A stretch of DNA of 15,537 bases from Candidatus Eiseniibacteriota bacterium (lineage in GTDB: Bacteria > Eisenbacteria > RBG-16-71-46), in the NCBI GenBank assembly GCA_044223005.1, contig JBGAML010000031.1:1-15537 (forward strand). The letters run 5' to 3'. The position numbers and the translations under genes are program-made. A model generated the notes under the pieces. The model saw nothing but the letters and a program-made list of their open reading frames with translations. It searched no databases and was not told the DNA's origin. Positions 6,599 through 13,650 of the stretch are shown here, one piece after another (the first letter of the stretch is position 1; each line of letters starts with the position of its first letter).

Positions 6599-7027
6599 AT
6601 GCAGACGCTCAATGCCCACGAGGCGGCCACGCTGCTCCACCTGAACGTCAAGCGCGTCCAGGGGCTCGCACGCACCGGCAAGCTGCCGGCCGTGCGCGTC
6701 GGCCGCAAATGGCTCTTCCCCCGCGAGCAGATCGAGCGGCTGCTCGCCGCCTCGCCCGCCGCCGCGGCGCCGGGCGTCACGCTCGCGCCCGCGACGGACG
6801 GCCCGCAGATCGATCTCAGCGCGCGCAACCGCCTGCGCGGCACGGTCACCTCGGTGCGCATGGACGGGCTGATGGCCGAAGTGACGCTGCGGATCGGGGA
6901 CCAGGAACTCGTCTCGGTGATCACCAGTTCGTCCGCGCGCCGCATGGCGCTCGCGGCCGGAGACACCGCGTTCGCCGTCATCAAGTCGACCGAGGTCATG
7001 ATGGGCAAGGAATCCGCCCCGCGATGA
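6599..7027 (+). CDS. excisionase-type HTH (HTH_17/MerR-like) + TOBE/Mop molybdate-binding domain regulator, 142 aa
   Basis: SD GGAG before ATG 6599. N-terminal LNAHEAATLLHLNVKRVQGLARTGKLPAVRVGRKWLFPREQI is Xis-like. C-terminal SARNRLRGTV...AEVTL...SVITSSSARRMALAAGD...AVIKST is Mop/TOBE, with the oxyanion-binding SARN and IKS motifs. Confidence 0.85.
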   Translation: MQTLNAHEAATLLHLNVKRVQGLARTGKLPAVRVGRKWLFPREQIERLLAASPAAAAPGVTLAPATDGPQIDLSARNRLRGTVTSVRMDGLMAEVTLRIGDQELVSVITSSSARRMALAAGDTAFAVIKSTEVMMGKESAPR

Positions 7028-7842
7028 GTCCGCGTCGCTCCGCGCTTCGCGGCCTGTTCGCCGTCGTCACCACGCTCGCCCTCCTGCTCGGCCCCGCCCG
7101 CGCGGGACGCGCCGCCCCCGCGCCGGTCGAGATGCGCGTGTTCGCGGCCGCGTCGCTCTCGAGCGCGTTCGGCGATCTCGCCCACGCGTTCGAGTCGGCG
7201 CATCCCGGCGTGCGCGTGCGGCTGGTGCTCGCCGGATCGCAGACGCTGGTCGCGCAGCTCTCGCAGGGCGCCGTGGGCGACGTGTTCGCCTCGGCCGACG
7301 AGCGCTGGATGTCCGAAGCCCGCACCCGACACCTGCTCGCGGGCGAGCCCGCCGTGTTCGCGCGCAACCGCCTGGCGGTGATCGTGCCGGCCACCAACCC
7401 GGCCCGGCTCGCCGCCGTCCACGACCTCGCGAAGCCAGGGCTTAAGCTGGTGCTCGCCGCAGACGCCGTGCCGGTGGGCCACTACGCGCGCGAGATGCTG
7501 CGGCACGTCGGCGCGGGCATGCCCGCCGGCTGGACGGGACGCGTGCTCGCCAACGTGGTCTCGGAAGAAGAGACGGTGAAGGCCGTGGTGACCAAGGTGC
7601 AGCTCGGCGAGGCCGACGCGGGCGTCGCGTATCGCTCGGACGTGAGCCCGGCGCTCGCGCGCTACGTGCGCGTGCTGCCGCTCGCGGATTCGCTCAACGT
7701 GATCGCGACCTACCCGATCGCGCCGCTCGCCGGCTCGGCGCACCCGGAGCTCGCCAGGGCGTTCGTGGAACTGGTGCGGTCCGAGGCCGGCCAGCGCGTG
7801 CTCGAGCGCAACGGCCTGATCCGCGTGGAGGCGGCGCGTTGA
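7024..7842 (+). CDS. modA: molybdate ABC transporter periplasmic binding protein, 272 aa
   Basis: ATGA overlap with the regulator stop; signal peptide; VFAAASLS, AGSQTL, DVFASAD, FARNRL, VPVGHYA, VKAVVTKVQLGEADAGVAYRSDV, ATYPIA. Confidence 0.93.
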   Translation: MSPRRSALRGLFAVVTTLALLLGPARAGRAAPAPVEMRVFAAASLSSAFGDLAHAFESAHPGVRVRLVLAGSQTLVAQLSQGAVGDVFASADERWMSEARTRHLLAGEPAVFARNRLAVIVPATNPARLAAVHDLAKPGLKLVLAADAVPVGHYAREMLRHVGAGMPAGWTGRVLANVVSEEETVKAVVTKVQLGEADAGVAYRSDVSPALARYVRVLPLADSLNVIATYPIAPLAGSAHPELARAFVELVRSEAGQRVLERNGLIRVEAAR

Positions 7843-8669
7843 ACCGCGACGGCGCACCGCGCGCGGCGGCGTTTCTCGCGCTTGCCGTGCTGGCGCTGCT
7901 GCTCGCCCTGCCGCTCGCGGGGCTGCTCGGGCACGTGGCGTTGGCCGACGTGGTCGCGCGGCTCGGCGATCCGGCCGTGCGCGACGCGCTGCGGCTCTCG
8001 GCGCTGACGAGCGTGGCGGCGACCGCGGTCGTGGCGCTGCTGGGCACGCCCGCCGCCTACGTGCTCGCGACGCGCGAGTTCCCGGGCAAGCGGGTGGTCG
8101 AGGCGCTGGTCGACCTGCCGATGGTGCTGCCGCCCACGGTGGCCGGCTTCGCGCTGCTGATGGCGTTCGGGCGCGCCGGGCTCGCGGGCCGCGCGCTCTC
8201 GGCGTTCGGGATCACGCTCCCCTTCACCACCGCGGCGGTGGTCGTGGCGCAGGTGTTCATGGCCGTGCCCTTCTTCGTCTCGGCGGCGCGGGCCGGCTTC
8301 GCGGGCGTGGATCCGCGGCTCACCGACGCGGCGGCCACGCTGCGCGCGGGCGAGTTCGAGCGCTTCCGGCGGATCGTGCTGCCGCTCGCGATGCCGTCGC
8401 TGGCCGCCGGCCTCGCCATGTCCGCCGCGCGCGCGCTCGGCGAGTTCGGCGCCACGATCACGTTCGCGGGCAACCTGCCCGGCACCACCCAGACGCTGCC
8501 GCTCGCCGTCTACGTGGCGATGCAGTCCGATCCGTCGGTCGCCGCCGTGCTGTCGCTGCTGCTGCTCGCCATGTCGTGCCTGCTGCTGCTCGGGCTGCGC
8601 ACGGCCCTCCCACTCGCCACCGCGCCGCTCGCCCGTGCTCGACGTCCAGGTCCGGCTCCAGCTCGCTGA
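7839..8669 (+). CDS. modB: molybdate ABC transporter permease
   Basis: TTGA overlap with modA; hydrophobic helices; LVDLPMVLPPTVAG, EAA-like DAAATLRA, ARALGEFGATITFAGNLPGTTQTLPLAVY. Confidence 0.93.
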   Translation: MNRDGAPRAAAFLALAVLALLLALPLAGLLGHVALADVVARLGDPAVRDALRLSALTSVAATAVVALLGTPAAYVLATREFPGKRVVEALVDLPMVLPPTVAGFALLMAFGRAGLAGRALSAFGITLPFTTAAVVVAQVFMAVPFFVSAARAGFAGVDPRLTDAAATLRAGEFERFRRIVLPLAMPSLAAGLAMSAARALGEFGATITFAGNLPGTTQTLPLAVYVAMQSDPSVAAVLSLLLLAMSCLLLLGLRTALPLATAPLARARRPGPAPAR

Positions 8670-9711
8670 GTTCGCGCTCGACGCCACCCTCGCCGCGCCC
8701 CGCGGCGCGGTCACGGTGCTCGTGGGCGAGAGCGGCTCGGGCAAGAGCACGCTGCTGCGGCTCGTCACCGGGCTGCTCGCGCCGGACGCGGGGCGCATCA
8801 CGCTCGGCGGCCGCGTGCTCGCCGACCGCGAGGCCGGCACGTGGGTGCCGCCCGAGGCGCGGCCCGTCGGCTGGGTGCCGCAGGACTACGCGCTCTTTCC
8901 GCACCTGGACGCGCGCGAGAACGTCGCGTTCGGGCTCGCCGCGAGCGGCGTGCCCGCGCGCGCGCGGCGCGCGCGCGCCGACGCGGCGCTCGAGCGGCTC
9001 GGGATCGCGCCGCTCGCGCACCGCCGCCCGCGCGAGCTCTCGGGCGGCCAGCAGCAGCGCGTCGCGCTGGCGCGCGCGCTGGTGCTCGAGCCCGAGGTGC
9101 TGCTGCTCGACGAGCCGCTCGCCGCGCTCGACCTCGTGACGCGGCGCGCCGTGCGCGGCGAGCTGCGCCGGCTGCTCGCGTCGCTGCCCTGCGTCACGCT
9201 GCTCGTGACGCACGACCCGGCCGAGGCGCTGGCGCTCGGCGACCGCATCGCCGCGCTCGAATCCGGGCGCGTGACGCAGGCCGGCGAGCGCGCCGAGTTC
9301 GTGCGCCATCCGCGCTCGCGTTACGTGGCCGAGTTTCTGGGGGTGAACCTGTTCGAGGGCGCCGTGGAGCGGCACGGTGCCGGCGACGCGGCCACGCTCG
9401 CGGTCGCGGGCGGCACGCTGACGATCCCCGATCCCGGCCGCGACGGCGCGGTGCGCGTGCTCGTGCACCCGCACGACGTCACGCTCTCGGCCGCCCGGCC
9501 CAGCAGCAGCGCGCGCAACGTGCTCGCGGGCACGATCGTCGAACTCGTGCCCGAGCCGCCCGACGGCGAGCGCGTGCGCGTTCTGATCGACTCGCGGCCG
9601 CCGCTCGCGGCGCAGGTGACGCGCGGCGGCGCCGAGGCGCTCGGGCTGGTGGCGGGCGGCACGGTCTGGGCCTCGTTCAAGGCCACGGCCGTCATCGTGC
9701 TGCCCGACTGA
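8635..9711 (+). CDS. modC: molybdate ABC transporter ATP-binding protein with C-terminal TOBE domain
   Basis: Walker A GESGSGKS, QDYALFPHL, signature LSGGQQQRVALARAL, Walker B LLLDEP, H-loop VTHD, and a C-terminal SSARNVL...FKAT TOBE domain. Confidence 0.92.
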   Translation: MLDVQVRLQLAEFALDATLAAPRGAVTVLVGESGSGKSTLLRLVTGLLAPDAGRITLGGRVLADREAGTWVPPEARPVGWVPQDYALFPHLDARENVAFGLAASGVPARARRARADAALERLGIAPLAHRRPRELSGGQQQRVALARALVLEPEVLLLDEPLAALDLVTRRAVRGELRRLLASLPCVTLLVTHDPAEALALGDRIAALESGRVTQAGERAEFVRHPRSRYVAEFLGVNLFEGAVERHGAGDAATLAVAGGTLTIPDPGRDGAVRVLVHPHDVTLSAARPSSSARNVLAGTIVELVPEPPDGERVRVLIDSRPPLAAQVTRGGAEALGLVAGGTVWASFKATAVIVLPD

Positions 9712-10882
9712 CCCCCGCCGCGCGCCGCATGTCCCACAGCGGCCAGAGCGCGAGCGCCGCGATCGCCGGGATGCCCACGATCGCCACGAGCCGCCAGCCG
9801 ACGCCGAAGAGCCCCTGCAGCGGCCCGGAGTCGAGCACCCACGCGAGCGGCAGCAGGCTCGCGTAGAGCACGAGCCAGCCGCGCCGGTCGGGATCGGGCG
9901 CGGCCCACGCGGCGAGCAGCGGCGCCCACAGGATCGCGTACATGTTCATGAACTTCGGCGCCAGAGCCGCGAACGCGCCGTACTGCCACACCGCGTGCGC
10001 CTCCGGCCCCGCGCCGCGCCGCGCGAGCAGGATCGCGCCCACCGCCACCAACGCCGCGAACGGCAGCCAGCCGGCGAGCCCCGGCAGGTCGAAGCCGCCG
10101 AGCACCACGGGCAGCCGCCAGAGCGTGGGCCCGACGCCGAAGTTCGCGCCCTCGAGCGCGAACGGCTGCAGCACCGGCACGTGCCACGCGAGCAGCGTGC
10201 CGTAGACGAGCGCCACGGGCGCGGCCGCCGCGAGCGCGAGCCGCGCGCGCGCGCGCGAGCCGAGCAGGAACGGCAGCGCAAGCAGCGCGAAGAGCGGCTT
10301 GGTGACCACGAGCCCCACGCCCAGCGCGAGCCCCGCCCACGCGGGCCGGTCGCGCCGGTGCGCCCACCACGCCAGCGCCACGAACGCCGCGCCGAGCGGC
10401 TCGTCCTGCGCGTAGCGCACTGCGAGGTACCAGACGACCGGCATCGACGCGTAGGCCCACGCGCACTCGGACGCTTCGCCCTCGGCCGCGGCCAGCGCGC
10501 GCCACGCCACGAAGTCGGCGGCGAGGAAGAGCGCGAACGGCCCGGTCTCGCCGAAGAATCGCAGCGCCAGCCCGAGTAGCGGTGCGAAGAGCGGCCCGTA
10601 GGCGCTCGCGAAGTCGCGGTACGGGATCTCCCCCGCCATCGCGTGCCGCGCCTGCGGCAGGAAGAACGCGTTCTCGTCGACGCCGCGGTGCCCGAGCACG
10701 CCCCACACCAGCACCGCGAACGCCACGCGTGTCGCGAGCCACGTCAGTGCGCCCAAGAGGCCGCGGCGGTCGCGGAACACGGGCAGCGCCGGCGCCAGCA
10801 CCATCCAGAGTGCGCCCAGCGGCGCCGGCAGCAGGCTCGCCAGGGCGAGGAGCGGGCGCGCGTGCCAGAGGGTCGGGTCCAT
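9692..10882 (-). CDS. polytopic membrane glycosyltransferase, GT-C fold (GT87/DUF2029-like), 396 aa
   Basis: About 10 hydrophobic segments; first-loop motif VDENAFF...AGEIPYRDFASAYGPLF, QDE, and GLALGVGLVVTK, which resemble lipid-phospho-sugar-dependent GT-C enzymes. Its 3' end overlaps the modC 3' end by 20 nt. Confidence 0.65.
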   Translation of the reverse strand: MDPTLWHARPLLALASLLPAPLGALWMVLAPALPVFRDRRGLLGALTWLATRVAFAVLVWGVLGHRGVDENAFFLPQARHAMAGEIPYRDFASAYGPLFAPLLGLALRFFGETGPFALFLAADFVAWRALAAAEGEASECAWAYASMPVVWYLAVRYAQDEPLGAAFVALAWWAHRRDRPAWAGLALGVGLVVTKPLFALLALPFLLGSRARARLALAAAAPVALVYGTLLAWHVPVLQPFALEGANFGVGPTLWRLPVVLGGFDLPGLAGWLPFAALVAVGAILLARRGAGPEAHAVWQYGAFAALAPKFMNMYAILWAPLLAAWAAPDPDRRGWLVLYASLLPLAWVLDSGPLQGLFGVGWRLVAIVGIPAIAALALWPLWDMRRAAGVSRAAR

Positions 10883-10900
10883 GCGCGCCGGGGTGCGGAG

Positions 10901-12430
10901 CTAGAAGTTGTCCCGGACCGAGTCGAGGGTCGGCGCGCGGCCGTGCGCGACGCGCGCGAGCGCTTCCTCGTAGAGGCGGTCGTAGCCGTCCGCGCTGGAG
11001 CGCCAGCTGAAGTCGTGCGCCATGCCGTTGCGCTGCAGCACCTGCCAGAGATCGGGTTCGCTGTGCACGGCGAGCGCGCGGCGCAGCGCCATGACCATCT
11101 CGTCGGCCTGGAACGCGTGGAAGACGAACCCGTTCCCCTCGCGCGTGATCGGGTCGAACTCGCGCACGGTGTCCGCGAGCCCGCCGGTGGCGCGGACGAC
11201 CGGCACCGTGCCGTAGCGCAGCGAGTAGAGCTGGTTCAGGCCGCACGGCTCGTAGCGCGAGGGCATGAGGAAGAAGTCCGAGCCGGCCTCGATCCGGTGC
11301 GCGAGCGCTTCGTCGTGCGCGGTCGCGAAGTGCCACTGCCACGGCCGCTCGAACGCGAGCCGGCGGAAGAGGTCGTGGTAGCGCGGCTGGCCGACGCCCA
11401 GGATCACGAAGCGCGCGGGCAGCTCGCAGAGTTCCTTCTCGGCCTGCTCGATCAGGTCGAAGCCCTTCTGTTCCACGAGCCGCGACACGATCCCGACCGT
11501 GGGCCAGTCCGGATCGAGCGGGAACCCGCACGCGAGCGAGAGCATGCGGCGGTTGGCGTTCTTGCCGTCCAGGTGCTCGCGGTCGAAGTGCACGTCGAGG
11601 AACGCATCGCGCGCCGGGTCCCACACGTCGTCGTCGATGCCGTTCAGGATGCCGCGCACGTCGCCGGTGCGGCGGCGCAGCACGCCCTCGAGGCCGCAGC
11701 CGTACTCGCCGCTCGACTGGATCTCGAGCGCGTACGTCGGGCTGACGGTGGAGACGAGGTCGGCGAACACGATGCCCACCTTCATGAAGTTGACGCGGTT
11801 CCAGTACTCGAACGGGCTCTGCGGGAAGAACAGCTCGCGCGAGAACCCGGCCACGCTCATGATCCACGGATCCACGAGCCCCTGGTACCCGAGGTTGTGG
11901 ATCGTGTACACGGTCGCCGTCCCCGCGAACGCCGGTTCGTCGGCGTCGTGCGTGCGGACGAAGCACGGCACCCACGCCGCCTGCTGGTCGTGCGCGTGCA
12001 GCACGTCGAACGTCTCGCCGAAGCCCTTGATGCCCTCGAGCGCCGCGCGCGCGAAGAACAGGAACCGCTCCGGGTTGTCCGGGTGACCCTCGCGCGTGCG
12101 CGGGTCGTCGTAAATGCCGGGCCGGTCGAAGAACTTGCGCTCGCCCGCGTGCTGCACGAGAAGCACGCGCAGGTGGCCGTCCGGGCTCTCCGCGATCCGG
12201 AACCGTGCCGGCTCCGACGCGATGCCCCACGGGACGCGCGTCGATCCCAGGTCGGTGCCCGTCCAGTCGTCCGGGATCGCGAGGTCGCGGTACTGCGGCA
12301 GCACGACCAGAACGCGATGGCCGCGGCGGGCCTGTTCGCGCGCCAGTGCGGACACCACGTCGCCGAGCCCGCCGACCTTGGCCAGCGGGGCCATCTCGCT
12401 CGCGAAGTGAGCGATGGAGAGGGGCTTCAC
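10901..12430 (-). CDS. glgA: glycogen/starch synthase (GT5), 509 aa
   Basis: ASEMAPLAKVGGLGDV (KXGG), DNPERF, HAHDQQ, TIHNLGYQG, TVSPTYALEI, GILNGID, SRLVEQKG, MPSRYEPCGLNQLYSLRYGTVPVVRATGGLADTV, DFSW. SD GAGGGA before the GTG start. Confidence 0.95.
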   Translation of the reverse strand: MKPLSIAHFASEMAPLAKVGGLGDVVSALAREQARRGHRVLVVLPQYRDLAIPDDWTGTDLGSTRVPWGIASEPARFRIAESPDGHLRVLLVQHAGERKFFDRPGIYDDPRTREGHPDNPERFLFFARAALEGIKGFGETFDVLHAHDQQAAWVPCFVRTHDADEPAFAGTATVYTIHNLGYQGLVDPWIMSVAGFSRELFFPQSPFEYWNRVNFMKVGIVFADLVSTVSPTYALEIQSSGEYGCGLEGVLRRRTGDVRGILNGIDDDVWDPARDAFLDVHFDREHLDGKNANRRMLSLACGFPLDPDWPTVGIVSRLVEQKGFDLIEQAEKELCELPARFVILGVGQPRYHDLFRRLAFERPWQWHFATAHDEALAHRIEAGSDFFLMPSRYEPCGLNQLYSLRYGTVPVVRATGGLADTVREFDPITREGNGFVFHAFQADEMVMALRRALAVHSEPDLWQVLQRNGMAHDFSWRSSADGYDRLYEEALARVAHGRAPTLDSVRDNF

Positions 12431-12470
12431 GCCGGTTCCCTCGTGCCGTTGGGGGCTCGCCGGGGCGCCG

Positions 12471-12498
12471 TCCGGGCACGCCGTGCGGCGTGCCCGGA
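12471..12498. terminator. intergenic hairpin between galT-like and glgA (mRNA stabiliser or attenuator)
   Basis: Perfect 12-bp stem TCCGGGCACGCC / GGCGTGCCCGGA with loop GTGC and no U-tract, 8 nt after the galT-like stop. Confidence 0.45.
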
Positions 12499-12506
12499 AC
12501 CGGTGC

Positions 12507-13520
12507 CTAGGTGAGCGCGACGATCTCCCGGAGATACTGCGCGGCGTCTTCGGGCGGCGTCGGGTTGATGTAGAAGCCCGACCCGATCTCGAACCCGGCC
12601 ACGCGCGTCAGCTTGGGCATGATCTCCAGGTGCCAGTGGTAGTACGGCAGGTCGTCGTCGCCCATCGGCGCCGTGTGCAACACCATGTTGAACGGCGGAT
12701 GGTCGAGCGCGACGTTGAGCCGCTGCAGCGTGTCCTTGAGGATGCGCGCGAAGTCGAGCATCTCCTCCGGGTCGTCGATCATGTGAAAGCTCGACCGGTG
12801 CGCGCGCGGCAGGATCCAGGTCTCGAACGGGAATCGCGGCGCGAACGGCGACAGCGCGACGAAGCGGTCGGTCGTGCTGACGATGCGGCGGCCGTTCCCG
12901 TCGGACATCTCCTGGTCGAGGATGTCCGTGAAGACGTTGCGCTCCTTGATCTCGAAGTAGCGCCGCGAGCCGTCGAGTTCCTCCTGCACCATGCGCGGGA
13001 TGATCGGCGTCGCGATGATCTGGCTGTGCGCGTGCTCGAGCGTCGCGCCCGCCCCCGCGCCCTGGTTCTTGAACACCAGGCAGTAGCGCAGGCGCTTGTC
13101 CTTCTTGAGATCCAGCATGCGCTCGCGCCAGGAGATCGCGACCTGCTGGATCTGTTCGACCGGGAGATCGCCCAGCTGCTTCTCGGGATCCGAACCCTCG
13201 ATCACCACCTCGTGCGCGCCGACGCCGTTCATCTTGTCGTACATGCCCTCGCCGCGGCGGTCGAGCGAACCTTCGACCTCCAGCGCCGGGAACTTGTTCG
13301 GCACCACGCGGACGGTCCAGCCGGGGCCGTTGGCCTTGCCGCCGGCGGGACGCACGGCGTAGACCTCGGGCGGCGTCATGTCCTCGCGCCCTTCGGCGAA
13401 CGGCGAGAAGGTCTGGGACTTGACCAGCGAGTCCGGCGTGAAGTTGGTGGGCCGGCGGCTGCGTTCGGTCGAGATGATCACCCAGCGTCCGACCACCGGG
13501 TCCTTGCGAAGTTCAGGCAT
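12507..13520 (-). CDS. galT: GalT-family nucleotidylyltransferase (galactose-1-phosphate uridylyltransferase / ADP-glucose phosphorylase-like), 337 aa
   Basis: MPELRKDPVVGRWVIISTERSRRP, VRVVPNKFPAL, GAHEVVIE, VFKNQGAGAGATLEHAHSQ (HxHxQ catalytic motif), PFAPRFPFETWILP, YHWHLEIMPKL, AGFEIGSGFYINPTPPE. SD GAGGA. Confidence 0.88.
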   Translation of the reverse strand: MPELRKDPVVGRWVIISTERSRRPTNFTPDSLVKSQTFSPFAEGREDMTPPEVYAVRPAGGKANGPGWTVRVVPNKFPALEVEGSLDRRGEGMYDKMNGVGAHEVVIEGSDPEKQLGDLPVEQIQQVAISWRERMLDLKKDKRLRYCLVFKNQGAGAGATLEHAHSQIIATPIIPRMVQEELDGSRRYFEIKERNVFTDILDQEMSDGNGRRIVSTTDRFVALSPFAPRFPFETWILPRAHRSSFHMIDDPEEMLDFARILKDTLQRLNVALDHPPFNMVLHTAPMGDDDLPYYHWHLEIMPKLTRVAGFEIGSGFYINPTPPEDAAQYLREIVALT

Positions 13521-13583
13521 GAGCCGTCCTCGTGCGGGGCCAATCCGGCGCGCGGACCCCGGAGGGGGGCGCGCAACCGTTCC

Positions 13584-13612
13584 AATCTAGAGAGGGGGGT
13601 CCGGAGGGTCAA
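13584..13612 (-). promoter_or_regulatory. sigma70-type promoter of the galT-glgA-GT-C unit
   Basis: Minus strand TTGACC (13612-13607), N17, TAGATT (13589-13584), about 64 nt upstream of the galT ATG. Confidence 0.75.
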
Positions 13613-13650
13613 GACGGCGCCGGGAGAAACCCGACGCCCATCCGCCCAAC

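Noticed and set aside
6529..7023. Track's long N-terminal extension of modA
   Set aside because: It overlaps the HTH-TOBE gene in another frame; the signal peptide begins at ATG 7024.
9321..12514. 1052-aa minus ORF and 623-aa plus ORF (10643..12514)
   Set aside because: Shadow frames of glgA and the GT-C gene; no domain motifs.
13553..13603. Inverted repeat CGGACCCC / GGGGTCCG and G-runs around the galT promoter
   Set aside because: An 8-bp GC-rich match with a 35-nt spacer is plausible by chance here.
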